Source: Eledone cirrhosa
Taxonomy: Eukaryota
NCBI GenBank assembly: GCA_964016885.1
Contig: OZ024745.1
Span: forward strand, 5,642,001 to 5,706,000
Direction of reading: 5' to 3'
DNA length: 64,000 bases
The notes under the pieces are model-generated. The model was given only the letters and a program-made list of their open reading frames with translations, searched no databases and had not been told where the DNA came from. Positions 13,500-30,509 of this stretch are shown here, piece by piece. Position 1 is the first letter of the stretch. Every line of letters starts with the position of its first letter. Both the position numbers and the translations under genes were made by a program.

Positions 13500-16400
13500 T
13501 GACAACATACATTTGGTCGTTATAAACTATGGCAACATTTGGTTGTTATAAACTATGACAACATACATTTGGCCGTTATAAACAATGACAACATTTGGTC
13601 GTTATAAACAATCACAACATTTGATCGGTATAAACTATGAGAACATTTGGTCGTTATAAACAATGACAACATTTTCGTTATAAACTATGAGAACATTTGG
13701 TCGTTATAAACTATGACAACATATTGATCGTTATAAACTATGAGAACATTTGGTCGTTATAAACAATGACAACATTTGATCGTTATAAACTATGACAACA
13801 TACATTTGGTCGTTATAAACTAAGACAGCATTTGATCGTTATAAACTATGAGAACATTTGGTCGTTATAAACTATGACAACATTTGGTCGTTATAAACTA
13901 TCACAACATACATTTCGTCGTTATAAACTATGACAACATTTGGTCGTTATAAACTATCACAATATACATTAGGTCGTTATAAACTATGACAACATTTGGT
14001 CGTTATGAACTATGACAACGTACATTTGGTGGTTATAAACTAGGGCAACATTTGGTCGTTATAAACTATGACATCATTTGATCGTTATAAACTATGACAA
14101 CATTTGGTCGTTATAAACTATGACCACATACATTTGGTCGTTATAAACTATGACAACATTTGGTCGTTATAAACTATGACAACATTTGGTCGTTATAAAC
14201 TATGACAACATACATTTGGTCGTTATAAACTATGACAACATTTGGTCGTTATAAACTATGACAATATACATTAGGTCGTTATAAACTATGACAACATTTG
14301 GCCGTTATAAACTATGACAAATTACATTTGGTGGTTATAAACTATGGCAACATTTGACCGTTATAAACTATGACAACATTTGGTCGTTATAAACTATGAC
14401 CACATACATTTGGTCGTTATAAACTATAAAAACATTTGGTCGTTATAAACTATGACAACATTTGGTCGTTTTAAACTATGGCAACATTCGGTCGTTATAA
14501 ACTATGACAACATACATTTGGTCGTTATAAACTATGACAACATACATTTGGTCGTTATAAACTATGACAACATACATTTGGTCGTTATAAACTATGACAA
14601 CATTTGGTCGTTATAAACTATGACAACATACATTTGGTCGTTATAAACTATGACAACATACATTTGGTCGTTATAAACTATGACAACATACATTTGGTCG
14701 TTATAAACTATGACAACATTTGGTCGTTATAAACTATGACAACATACATTTGGTAGTTATAAACTATGACAACATACATTTGGTCGTTATAAACTATGAC
14801 AACATACATTTGGTCGTTATAAACTATGGCAACATACATTTGGTCGTTATAAACTATGACAACATTTGGCCGTTATAAACTATGACAACATACATTTGGT
14901 CGTTATAAACTATGACAACATACATTTGGTCGTTATAAACTATGACAACATACATTTGGTCGTTATAAACTATGACAACATACATTTGGTCGTTATAAAC
15001 TATGACAACATACATTTGGTCGTTATAAACTATGACAACATACATTTGGTCGTTATAAACTATGACAACATACATTTGGTCGTTATAAACTATGACAACA
15101 TTTGGCCGTTATAAACTATGACAACATACATTTGGTCGTTATAAACTATGACAACATACATTTGGACGTTATAAACTATGACAACATACATTAGTTCGTT
15201 ATAAACTATGACAACATTTGGTCGTTATAAACTAAGACAACATACATTTGTTCGTTATAAACTATGACAACATTTGGTCGTTATAAACTATGACAACATT
15301 TGGTCGTTATAAACTATGACAACATTTGGTCGTTATAAACTATGACAACATACATTTGGTCGTTATAAACTATGACAACATTTGGCCGTTATAAACTATG
15401 ACAACATTTGGTCGTTATAAACTATGACAACTTTTGGTCGTTATAAACTATGACAACATACATTTGGTCGTTATAAACTATGACAACATACATTTGGTCG
15501 TTATAAACTATGACAACATGTGGTCGTTATAAACTATGACAACATTTGGTCGTTATAACCTATGACAACATTTGATCGTTATAAACTATGACAACATACA
15601 TTTTGTCGTTATAAACTATGACAACATTTGGTCGGTATAAACTATGACAACATACATTTGGACGTTATAAACTATGCCAACTTTTGGTCGGTATAAACTA
15701 TGACAACATACATTTCGTCGTTATAAACTATGGCAACATTTGGTCGTTATAAACTATGACAACTTTTGGTCGTTATGAACTATGACAACATACATTTGGT
15801 CGTTATAAATTATGACAACATTTGGTCGTTATAAACTATGAGAACAAACATTTGGTCGTTATAAACTATGACAACATACATTAGGTCGTTATAAACTATC
15901 ACAACATTTGGTCGTTATAAACTATGACAACATTTGGTCGTTATAAACTATGACAACATACATTTGGTCGTTATAAACTATGGCAACATTTGGTTGTTAT
16001 AAACTATGACAACATACATTTGGCCGTTATAAACAATGACAACATTTGGTCGTTATAAACAATCACAACATTTGATCGGTATAAACTATGAGAACATTTG
16101 GTCGTTATAAACAATGACAACATTTTCGTTATAAACTATGAGAACATTTGGTCGTTATAAACTATGACAACATTTGATCGTTATAAACTATGAGAACATT
16201 TGGTCGTTATAATCAATGACAACATTTGATCGTTATAAACTATGACAACATACATTTGGTCGTTATAAACTATGACAACATTTGATCGTTATAAACTATG
16301 AGAACATTTGGTCGTTATAAACTATGACAACATTTGGTCGTTATAAACTATCACAACATACATTTCGTCGTTATAAACTATGACAACATTTGGTCGTTAT

Positions 16401-19400
16401 AAACTATCACAATATACATTAGGTCGTTATAAACTATGATAACATTTGGTTGTTATGAACTATGACAACGTACATTTGGTGGTTATAAACTAGGGCAACA
16501 TTTGGTCGTTATAAACTATGACAACATTTGATCGTTATAAACTATGACAACATTTGGTCGTTATAAACTATGACCACATACATTTGGTCGTTATAAACTA
16601 TAACAACATTTGGTCGTTATAAACTATAACAACATTTGGTCGTTATAAACTATGACAACATTTGGTCGTTATAAACTATGACAACATACATTTGGTCGTT
16701 ATAAACTATGGCAACATTTGGTTGTTATAAACTATGACAACATACATTTGGCCGTTATAAACAATGACAACATTTGGTCGTTATAAACAATCACAACATT
16801 TGATCGGTATAAACTATGAGAACATTTGGTCGTTATAAACAATGACAACATTTTCGTTATAAACTATGAGAACATTTGGTCGTTATAAACTATGACAACA
16901 TTTGATCGTTATAAACTATGAGAACATTTGGTCGTTATAAACAATGACAACATTTGATCGTTATAAACTATGACAACATACATTTGGTCGTTATAAACTA
17001 TGACAACATTTGATCGTTATAAACTATGAGAACATTTGGTCGTTATAAACTATGACAACATTTGGTCGTTATAAACTATCACAACATACATTTCGTCGTT
17101 ATAAACTATGACAACATTTGGTCGTTATAAACTATCACAATATACACTAGGTCGTTATAAACTATGACAACATTTGGTCGTTATGAACTATGACAACGTA
17201 CATTTGGTGGTTATAAACTAGGGCAACATTTGGTCGTTATAAACTATGACAACATTTGATCGTTATAAACTATGACAACATTTGGTCGTTATAAACTATG
17301 ACCACATACATTTGGTCGTTATAAACTATGACAACATTTGGTCGTTATAAACTATGACAACATTTGGTCGTTATAAACTATGACAACATACATTTGGTCG
17401 TTATAAACTATGACAACATTTGGTCGTTATAAACTATGACAATATACATTAGGTCGTTATAAACTATGACAACATTTGGCCGTTATAAACTATGACAAAT
17501 TACATTTGGTGGTTATAAACTATGGCAACATTTGACCGTTATAAACTATGACAACATTTGGTCGTTATAAACTATGACCACATACATTTGGTCGTTATAA
17601 ACTATAAAAACATTTGGTCGTTATAAACTATGACAACATTTGGTCGTTTTAAACTATGGCAACATTCGGTCGTTATAAACTATGACAACATACATTTGGT
17701 CGTTATAAACTATGACAACATACATTTGTTCGTTATAAACTATGACAACATACATTTGGTCGTTATAAACTATGACAACATACATTTGGTCGTTATAAAC
17801 TATGACAACATTTGGTCGTTATAAACTATGACAACATACATTTGGTCGTTATAAACTATGACAACATACATTTGGTCGTTATAAACTATGACAACATTTG
17901 GTCGTTATAAACTATGACAACATACATTTGGTCGTTATAAACTATGACAACATACATTTGGTCGTTATAAACTATGACAACATACATTTGGTCGTTATAA
18001 ACTATGGCAACATACATTTGGTCGTTATAAACTATGACAACATTTGGCCGTTATAAACTATGACAACATACATTTGGTCGTTATAAACTATGGCAACATA
18101 CATTTGGTCGTTATAAACTATGACAACATTTGGTCGTTATAAACTATGACAACATACATTTGGTCGTTATAAACTATGAAAACATACATTTGGTCGTTAT
18201 AAACTATGACAACATTTGGTCGTTATAAACTATGACAACATACATTTGGTCGTTATAAACTATGAAAACATACATTTGGTCGTTATAAACTATGACAACA
18301 TACATTTGGTCGTTATAAACTATGACAACATACATTTGGTCGTTATAAACTATGACAACATACATTTGGTCGTTATAAACTATGACAACATACATTTGGT
18401 CGTTATAAACTATGACAACATTTGGCCGTTATAAACTATGACAACATACATTTGGTCGTTATAAACTATGACAACATACATTTGGACGTTATAAACTATG
18501 ACAACATACATTAGTTCGTTATAAACTATGACAACATTTGGTCGTTATAAACTAAGACAACATACATTTGTTCGTTATAAACTATGACAACATTTGGTCG
18601 TTATAAACTATGACAACATTTGGTCGTTATAAACTATGACAACATTTGGTCGTTATAAACTATGACAACATACATTTGGTCGTTATAAACTATGACAACA
18701 TTTGGCCGTTATAAACTATGACAACATTTGGTCGTTATAAACTATGACAACTTTTGGTCGTTATAAACTATGACAACATACATTTGGTCGTTATAAACTA
18801 TGACAACATACATTTGGTCGTTATAAACTATGACAACATGTGGTCGTTATAAACTATGACAACATTTGGTCGTTATAACCTATGACAACATTTGATCGTT
18901 ATAAACTATGACAACATACATTTTGTCGTTATAAACTATGACAACATTTGGTCGGTATAAACTATGACAACATACATTTGGACGTTATAAACTATGCCAA
19001 CTTTTGGTCGTTATAAACTATGACAACATACATTTCGTCGTTATAAACTATGGCAACATTTGGTCGTTATAAACTATGACAACTTTTGGTCGTTATGAAC
19101 TATGACAACATACATTTGGTCGTTATAAATTATGACAACATTTGGTCGTTATAAACTATGAGAACAAACATTTGGTCGTTATAAACTATGACAACATACA
19201 TTAGGTCGTTATAAACTATCACAACATTTGGTCGTTATAAACTATGACAACATTTGGTCGTTATAAACTATGACAACATACATTTGGTCGTTATAAACTA
19301 TGGCAACATTTGGTTGTTATAAACTATGACAACATACATTTGGCCGTTATAAACAATGACAACATTTGGTCGTTATAAACAATCACAACATTTGATCGGT

Positions 19401-19950
19401 ATAAACTATGAGAACATTTGGTCGTTATAAACAATGACAACATTTTCGTTATAAACTATGAGAACATTTGGTCGTTATAAACTATGACAACATTTGATCG
19501 TTATAAACTATGAGAACATTTGGTCGTTATAAACAATGACAACATTTGATCGTTATAAACTATGACAACATACATTTCGTCGTTATAAACTATGACAACA
19601 TTTGATCGTTATAAACTATGAGAACATTTGGTCGTTATAAAGTATGACAACATTTGGTCGTTATAAACTATCACAAAATACATTTCGTCGTTATAAACTA
19701 TGACAACATTTGGTCGTTATAAACTATCACAATATACATTAGGTCGTTATAAACTATGATAACATTTGGTTGTTATGAACTATGACAACGTACAGTTGGT
19801 GGTTATAAACTAGGGCAACATTTGGTCGTTATAAACTATGACAACATTTGATCGTTATAAACTATGACAACATTTGGTCGTTATAAACTATGACCACATA
19901 CATTTGGTCGTTATAAACTATAACAACATTTGGTCGTTATAAACTATGAC
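13500..19950 (+). repeat. ~3.2-3.3-kb tandem block duplication
   Basis: ATTACATTTG at 14321/17499 and TGGTCGTTTT at 14463/17641 give offset 3178. ACTAAGACAA at 15231/18551 and TGACAACATG at 15511/18831 give offset 3320. The difference arises inside the 30-mer-rich tract. Confidence 0.87.
14866..15114 (+). repeat. Longest pure run of 30-bp monomers (7 consecutive units)
   Basis: Exact 30-bp periodicity is visible in lines 14881-15061 and corresponds to the 82-aa repeat ORF. Confidence 0.85.
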
Positions 19951-21499
19951 AACATTTGGTCGTTATAAACTATGACAACATTTGGTCGTTATAAACTATG
20001 ACAACATACATTTGGACGTTATAAACTATGACAACATTTGGTCGTTATAAACTATGACAACATACATTTGGTCGTTATAAACTATGACAACATACATTTG
20101 GACGTTATAAACTATGACAACATACATTATTTCGTTATAAACTATGACAACATTTGGTCGTTATAAACTATGACAACATACATTTGTTCGTTATAAACTA
20201 TGACAACATTTGGTTGTTATAAACTATGACAACATTTGGTCGTTATAAACTATGACAACATTTGGTCGTTATAAACTATGACAACATACATTTGGTCGTT
20301 ATAAACTATGACAACATTTGGCCGTTATAAACTATGACAACATTTGGTCGTTATAAACTATGACAACTTTTGGTCGTTATAAACTATGACAACATACATT
20401 TGGACGTTATAAACTATGACAACATTTGGTCGTTATAAACTATGACAACATTTGGTATTTATAAACTATGACAATATACATTTGGTCGTTATAAACTATG
20501 ACAACATACATTTGGTCGTTATAAACTATGACAACATTTGGTCGTCATAAACTATGACAACATTTGGTCGTCATAAACTATGACAACATTTGGTCGTTAT
20601 AAACTATGACAACATACATTTGGTCGTTATAAACAATGACAACATTTGATCGGTATAAACTATGAGAACATTTGGTCGTTATAAACTATGACAATAATTG
20701 ATCGTTATAAACTATGAGAACATTTGGTTGTTATAAACAATGACAACATTTATCGTTATAAACTATGAGAACATTTGGTCGTTATAAACTATGACAACAT
20801 TTGATCGTTATAAACTATGAGAACATTTGGTCGTTATAAACAATGACAACATTTGATCGTTATAAACTATGACCACATACATTTGGTCGTTATAAACTAT
20901 AAAAACATTTGGTCGTTATAAACTATGACAACATTTGGTTGTTATAAACTATGGCAACATTCGGTCGTTATAAACTATGACAACATACATTTGGTCGTTA
21001 TAAACTATGGCAACATACATTTGGTCGTTATAAACTATGACAACATTTGGTCGTTATAAACTATGACAACATACATCTGGTCGTTATAAACTATGACAAC
21101 ATACATTTGGTCGTTATAAACTATGACAACATACATTTGGTCGTTATAAACTATGGCAACATACATTTGGTCGTTATAAACTATGACAACATTTGGCCGT
21201 TATAAACTATGACAACATACATTTGGTCGTTATAAACTATGACAACATACATTTGGTCGTTATAAACTATGACAACATACATTTGGACGTTATAAACTAT
21301 GACAACATTTGGTCGTTATAAACTATGACAACATACATTTGGTCGTTATAAACTATGACAACATACATTTGGACGTTATAAACTATGACAACATACATTA
21401 GTTCGTTATAAACTATGACAACATTTGGTCGTTATAAACTATGACAACATACATTTGTTCGTTATAAACTATGACAACATTTGGTCGTTATAAACTATG

Positions 21500-24400
21500 A
21501 CAACATTTGGTCGTTATAAACTATGACAACATTTGGTCGTTATAAACTATGACAACATACATTTGGTCGTTATAAACTATGACAACATTTGGCCGTTATA
21601 AACTATGACAACATTTGGTCCTTATAAACTATGACAACTTTTGGTCGTTATAAACTATGACAACATACATTTGGTCGTTATAAACTATGACAACATTTGG
21701 TCGTTATAAACTATGACAACATTTGGTCGTTATAAATTATGACAACATTTGATCGTTATAAACTATGACAGCATACATTTGGTCGTTATAAACTATGACA
21801 ACATTTGGTCGGTATAAACTATGACAACATACATTTGGACGTTATAAACTATGCCAACTTTTGGTCGTTATAAACTATGACAACATACATTTCGTCGTTA
21901 TAAACTATGGCAACATTTGGTCGTTATAGACTATGACAACATTTGGTCGTTATAAACTATGACAACATACATTTGGTCGTTATAAATTATGACAACATTT
22001 GGTCGTTATAAACTATGAGAACAAACATTTGGTCGTTATAAACTATGACAACATACATTAGGTCGTTATAAACTATCACAACATTTGGTCGTTATAAACT
22101 ATGACAACATTTGGACGTTATAAACTATGACAACATACATTTGGTCGTTATAAACTATGGCAACATTTGGTTGTTATAAACTATGACAACATACATTTGG
22201 CCGTTATAAACAATGACAACATTTGGTCGTTATAAACAATCACAACATTTGATCGGTATAAACTATGAGAACATTTGGTCGTTATAAACTATGACAACAT
22301 TTGATCGTTATAAACTATGAGAACATTTGGTCGTTATAAACAATGACAACATTTTCGTTATAAACTATGAGAACATTTGGTCGTTATAAACTATGACAAC
22401 ATTTGATCGTTATAAACTATGAGAACATTTGGTCGTTATAAACAATGACAACATTTGATCGTTATAAACTATGACAACATACATTTGGTCGTTATAAACT
22501 ATGACAACATTTGATCGTTATAAACTATGACAACATACATTTGGTCGTTATAAACTATGACAACATTTGATCGTTATAAACTATGAGAACATTTGGTCGT
22601 TATAAACAATGACAACATTTTCGTTATAAACTATGAGAACATTTGGTCGTTATGAACTATGACAACGTACATTTGGTGGTTATAAACTAGGGCAACATTT
22701 GGTCGTTATAAACTATGACAACATTTGATCGTTATAAACTATGACAACATTTGGTCGTTATAAACTATGACCACATACATTTGGTCGTTATAAACTATGA
22801 CAACATTCGGTCGTTATAAACTATGACAACATTTGGTCGTTATAAACTATGACAACATACATTTGGTCGTTATAAACTATGACAACATTTGGTCGTTATG
22901 AACTATGACAATATACAATAGGTCGTTATAAACTATGACAACATTTGGCCGTTATAAACTATGACAAAGTACATTTGGTGGTTATAAACTATGGCAACAT
23001 TTGACCGTTATAAACTATGACAACATTTGGTCGTTATAAACTATGACCACATACATTTGGTCGTTATAAACTATAAAAACATTTGGTCGTTATAAACTAT
23101 GACAACATTTGGTCGTTATAAACTATGGCAACATTCGGTCGTTATAAACTATGACAACATACATTTGGTCGTTATAAACTATGACAACATACATTTGGTC
23201 GTTATAAACTATGACAACATACATTTGGTCGTTATAAACTATGACAACATACATTTGGTCGTTATAAACTATGACAACATTTGGTCGTTATAAACTATGA
23301 CAACATACATTTGGTCGTTATAAACTATGACAACATACATTTGGTCGTTATAAACTATGACAACATACATTTGGTCGTTATAAACTATGACAACATTTGG
23401 TCGTTATAAACTATGACAACATACATTTGGTCGTTATAAACTATGACAACATACATTTGGTCGTTATAAACTATGACAACATACATTTGGTCGTTATAAA
23501 CTATGGCAACATACATTTGGTCGTTATAAACTATGACAACATTTGGCCGTTATAAACTATGACAACATACATTTGGTCGTTATAAACTATGACAACATAC
23601 ATTTGGTCGTTATAAACTATGACAACATACATTTGGACGTTATAAACTATGACAACATTTGGTCGTTATAAACTATGACAACATACATTTGGTCGTTATA
23701 AACTATGACAACATACATTTGGACGTTATAAACTATGACAACATACATTAGTTCGTTATAAACTATGAGGACATTTGGTCGTTATAAACTATGACAACAT
23801 ACATTTGTTCGTTATAAACTATGACAACATTTGGTCGTTATAAACTATGACAACATTTGGTCGTTATAAACTATGACAACATTTGGTCGTTATAAACTAT
23901 GACAACATACATTTGGTCGTTATAAACTATGACAACATTTGGCCGTTATAAACTATTACAACTTTTGGTCGTTATAAACTATGACAACATACATTTGGTC
24001 GTTATAAACTATGACAACATACATTTGGTCGTTATAAACTATGACAACATTTGGTCGTTATAAACTATGACAACATTTGGTCGTTATAACCTATGACAAC
24101 ATTTGATCGTTATAAACTATGACAACATACATTTGGTCGTTATAAACTATGACAACATTTGGTCGGTATAAACTATGACAACATACATTTCGTCGTTATA
24201 AACTATGGCAACATTTGGTCGTTATAAACTATGACAACTTTTGGTCGTTATGAACTATGACAACATACATTTGGTCGTTATAAATTATGACAACATTTGG
24301 TCGTTATAAACTATGAGAACAAACATTTGGTCGTTATAAACTATGACAACATACATTAGGTCGTTATAAACTATCACAACATTTGGTCGTTATAAACTTT

Positions 24401-27400
24401 CACAACATTTGGTCGTTATAAACTATGACAACATACATTTGGTCGTTATAAACTATCACAACATACATTTCGTCGTTATAAACTATGACAACATTTGGTC
24501 GTTATAAACTATCACAATATACATTAGGTCGTTATAAACTATGACAACATTTGGTTGTTATGAACTATGACAACGTACATTTGGTGGTTATAAACTAGGG
24601 CAACATTTGGTCGTTATAAACTATGACAACATTTGATCGTTATAAACTATGACAACATTTGGTCGTTATAAACTATGACCACATACATTTAGTCGTTATA
24701 AACTATAACAACATTTGGTCGTTATAAACTATGACAACATTTGGTCGTTATAAACTATGACAACATACATTTGGACGTTATAAACTATGACAACATTTGG
24801 TCGTTATAAACTATGACAACATACATTTGGACGTTATAAACTATGACAACATTTGGTCGTTATAAACTATGACAACATACATTTGGACGTTATAAACTAT
24901 GACAACATACATTAGTTCGTTATGAACTATGACAACATTTGGTCGTTATAAACTAGGACAACATACATTTGTTCGTTATAAACTATGACAACATTTGGTT
25001 GTTATAAACTATGACAACATTTGGTCGTTATAAACTATAACAACATTTGGTCGTTATAAACTATGACAACATACATTTGGTCGTTATAAACTATGACAAC
25101 ATTTGGCCGTTATAAACTATGACAACATTTGGTCCTTATAAACTATGACAACTTTTGGTCGTTATAAACTATGACAACATACATTTGGTCGTTATAAACT
25201 ATGACAACATTTGGTCGTTATAAACTATGACAACATTTGGTCGTTATAAATTATGACAACATTTGATCGTTATAAACTATGACAGCATACATTTGGTCGT
25301 TATAAACTATGACAACATTTGGTCGGTATAAACTATGACAACATACATTTGGACGTTATAAACTATGCCAACTTTTGGTCGTTATAAACTATGACAACAT
25401 ACATTTCGTCGTTATAAACTATGGCAACATTTGGTCGTTATAGACTATGACAACATTTGGTCGTTATAAACTATGACAACATACATTTGGTCGTTATAAA
25501 TTATGACAACATTTGGTCGTTATAAACTATGAGAACAAACATTTGGTCGTTATAAACTATGACAACATACATTAGGTCGTTATAAACTATCACAACATTT
25601 GGTCGTTATAAACTATGACAACATTTGGACGTTATAAACTATGACAACATACATTTGGTCGTTATAAACTATGGCAACATTTGGTTGTTATAAACTATGA
25701 CAACATACATTTGGCCGTTATAAACAATGACAACATTTGGTCGTTATAAACAATCACAACATTTGATCGGTATAAACTATGAGAACATTTGGTCGTTATA
25801 AACTATGACAACATTTGATCGTTATAAACTATGAGAACATTTGGTCGTTATAAACAATGACAACATTTTCGTTATAAACTATGAGAACATTTGGTCGTTA
25901 TAAACTATGACAACATTTGATCGTTATAAACTATGAGAACATTTGGTCGTTATAAACAATGACAACATTTGATCGTTATAAACTATGACAACATACATTT
26001 GGTCGTTATAAACTATGACAACATTTGATCGTTATAAACTATGACAACATACATTTGGTCGTTATAAACTATGACAACATTTGATCGTTATAAACTATGA
26101 GAACATTTGGTCGTTATAAACAATGACAACATTTTCGTTATAAACTATGAGAACATTTGGTCGTTATGAACTATGACAACGTACATTTGGTGGTTATAAA
26201 CTAGGGCAACATTTGGTCGTTATAAACTATGACAACATTTGATCGTTATAAACTATGACAACATTTGGTCGTTATAAACTATGACCACATACATTTGGTC
26301 GTTATAAACTATGACAACATTCGGTCGTTATAAACTATGACAACATTTGGTCGTTATAAACTATGACAACATACATTTGGTCGTTATAAACTATGACAAC
26401 ATTTGGTCGTTATGAACTATGACAATATACAATAGGTCGTTATAAACTATGACAACATTTGGCCGTTATAAACTATGACAAAGTACATTTGGTGGTTATA
26501 AACTATGGCAACATTTGACCGTTATAAACTATGACAACATTTGGTCGTTATAAACTATGACCACATACATTTGGTCGTTATAAACTATAAAAACATTTGG
26601 TCGTTATAAACTATGACAACATTTGGTCGTTATAAACTATGGCAACATTCGGTCGTTATAAACTATGACAACATACATTTGGTCGTTATAAACTATGACA
26701 ACATACATTTGGTCGTTATAAACTATGACAACATACATTTGGTCGTTATAAACTATGACAACATACATTTGGTCGTTATAAACTATGACAACATTTGGTC
26801 GTTATAAACTATGACAACATACATTTGGTCGTTATAAACTATGACAACATACATTTGGTCGTTATAAACTATGACAACATACATTTGGTCGTTATAAACT
26901 ATGACAACATTTGGTCGTTATAAACTATGACAACATACATTTGGTCGTTATAAACTATGACAACATACATTTGGTCGTTATAAACTATGACAACATACAT
27001 TTGGTCGTTATAAACTATGGCAACATACATTTGGTCGTTATAAACTATGACAACATTTGGCCGTTATAAACTATGACAACATACATTTGGTCGTTATAAA
27101 CTATGACAACATACATTTGGTCGTTATAAACTATGACAACATACATTTGGACGTTATAAACTATGACAACATTTGGTCGTTATAAACTATGACAACATAC
27201 ATTTGGTCGTTATAAACTATGACAACATACATTTGGACGTTATAAACTATGACAACATACATTAGTTCGTTATAAACTATGAGGACATTTGGTCGTTATA
27301 AACTATGACAACATACATTTGTTCGTTATAAACTATGACAACATTTGGTCGTTATAAACTATGACAACATTTGGTCGTTATAAACTATGACAACATTTGG

Positions 27401-28700
27401 TCGTTATAAACTATGACAACATACATTTGGTCGTTATAAACTATGACAACATTTGGCCGTTATAAACTATTACAACTTTTGGTCGTTATAAACTATGACA
27501 ACATACATTTGGTCGTTATAAACTATGACAACATACATTTGGTCGTTATAAACTATGACAACATTTGGTCGTTATAAACTATGACAACATTTGGTCGTTA
27601 TAACCTATGACAACATTTGATCGTTATAAACTATGACAACATACATTTGGTCGTTATAAACTATGACAACATTTGGTCGGTATAAACTATGACAACATAC
27701 ATTTCGTCGTTATAAACTATGACAACATACATTAGGTCGTTATAAACTATCACAACATTTGGTCGTTATAAACTTTGACAACATTTGGTCGTTATAAACT
27801 ATGACAACTTTTGGTCGTTATGAACTATGACAACATACATTTGGTCGTTATAAATTATGACAACATTTGGTCGTTATAAACTATGAGAACAAACATTTGG
27901 TCGTTATAAACTATGACAACATACATTAGGTCGTTATAAACTATCACAACATTTGGTCGTTATAAACTTTGACAACATTTGGTCGTTATAAACTATGACA
28001 ACATACATTTGGTCGTTATAAACTATCACAACATACATTTCGTCGTTATAAACTATGACAACATTTGGTCGTTATAAACTATCACAATATACATTAGGTC
28101 GTTATAAACTATGACAACATTTGGTTGTTATGAACTATGACAACGTACATTTGGTGGTTATAAACTAGGGCAACATTTGGTCGTTATAAACTATGACAAC
28201 ATTTGATCGTTATAAACTATGACAACATTTGGTCGTTATAAACTATGACCACATACATTTAGTCGTTATAAACTATAACAACATTTGGTCGTTATAAACT
28301 ATGACAACATTTGGTCGTTATAAACTATGACAACATCTGGTCGTTATAAACTATGACAACATACATTTGGACGTTATAAACTATGACAACATTTGGTCGT
28401 TATAAACTATGACAACATACATTTGGTCGTTATAAACTATGACAACATACATTTGGACGTTATAAACTATGACAACATACATTAGTTCGTTATGAACTAT
28501 GACAACATTTGGTCGTTATAAACTAGGACAACATACATTTGTTCGTTATAAACTATGACAACATTTGGTTGTTATAAACTATGACAACATTTGGTCGTTA
28601 TAAACTATGACAACATTTGGTCGTTATAAACTATGACAACATACATTTGGTCGTTATAAACTATGACAACATTTGGCCGTTATAAACTATGACAAAATTT
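21500..28700 (+). repeat. 3514-bp tandem block duplication
   Basis: GGTCCTT at 21617/25131, TCGTTATAGA at 21921/25435, ATATACAATA at 22911/26425, AACTATGAGG at 23761/27275 and ORFs 23099/26613 are all 3514 apart. The offset is 3570 distally (AACTAGGACA at 24951/28521). Confidence 0.93.
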
Positions 28701-30509
28701 GGTCGTTATAAACTATGACAACTTTTGGTCGTTATAAACTATGACAACATACATTTGGACGTTATAAACTATGACAACATTTGGTCGTTATAAACTATGA
28801 CAACATTTGGTATTTATAAACTATGACAATATACATTTGGTCGTTATAAACTATGACAACATACATTTGGTCGTTATAAACTATTACAACATTTGGTCGT
28901 TATAAACTATGACAACATTTGGTCGTTATAAACTATGACAACATTTGGTCGTTATAAACTATGACAACATACATTTGGTCGTTATAAACAATGACAACAT
29001 TTGGTCGTTATAAACAATGACAACATTTGATCGGTATAAACTATGAGAACATTTGGTCGTTATAAACTATGACAATAATTGATCGTTATAAACTATGAGA
29101 ACATTTGGTTGTTATAAACAATGACAACATTTATCGTTATAAACTATGAGAACATTTGGTCGTTATAAACTATGACAACATTTGATCGTTATAAACTATA
29201 AGAACATTTGGTCGTTATAAACAATGACAACATTTGACCGTTATAAACTATGACCACATACATTTGGTCGTTATAAACTATAAAAACATTTGGTCCTTAT
29301 AAACTATGACAACATTTGGTCGTTATAAACTATGGCAACATTCGGTCGTTATAAACTATGACAGCATACATTTGGTCGTTATAAACTATGGCAACATACA
29401 TTTGGTCGTTATAAACTATGACAACATTTGGTCGTTATAAAATATGACAACATACATTTGGTCGTTATAATCTATGACAACATACATTTGGTCGTTATAA
29501 ACTATGACAACATACATTTGGTCGTTATAAACTATGGCAACATACATTTGGTTGTTATAAACTATGACAACATTTGGCCGTTATAAACTATGACAACATA
29601 CATTTGGTCGTTATAAACTATGACAACATACATTTGGTCGTTATAAACTATGACAACATACATTTGGACGTTATAAACTATGACAACATTTGGTCGTTAT
29701 AAACTATGACAACATACATTTGGTCGTTATAAACTATGACAACATACATTTGGACGTTATAAACTATGACAACATACATCAGTTCGTTATAAACTATGAC
29801 AACATTTGGTCGTTATAAACTATGACAACATACATTTGTTCGTTATAAACTATGACAACATTTGGTCGTTATAAACTATGACAACATTTGGTCGTTATAA
29901 ACTATGACAACATTTGGTCGTTATAAACTATGACAACATACATTTGGTCGTTATAAACTATGACAACATTTGGCCGTTATAAACTATGACAACATTTGGT
30001 CGTTATAAACTATGACAACATACATTTGGTCGTTATAAACTATGACAACATTTGGTCGTTATAAACTATGACAACATTTGGTCGTTATAAATTATGACAA
30101 CATTTGGTCGTTATAAACTATGACAACATTTGGTCGTTATAAACTATGACAACATACATTTGGACGTTATAAACTATGCCAACTTTTGGTCGTTATAAAC
30201 TATGACAACATACATTTCGTCGTTATAAACTATGGCAACATTTGGTCGTTATAAACTATGACAACATTTCGTCGTTATAAACTATGACAACATACATTTG
30301 GTCGTTATAAATTATGACAACATTTGGTCGTTATAAACTATGAGAACAAACATTTGGTCGTTATAAACTATGACAACATACATTAGGTCGTTATAAACTA
30401 TCACAACATTTGGTCGTTATAAACTATGACAACATTTGGTCGTTATAAACTATGACAACATACATTTGGTCGTTATAAACTATGGCAACATTTGGTTGTT
30501 ATAAACTAT

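Noticed and set aside
13715-13735. Singleton 27-bp monomer (ACATATTGATCG)
   Set aside because: A one-base insertion seen only once cannot be distinguished from a consensus error without reads.
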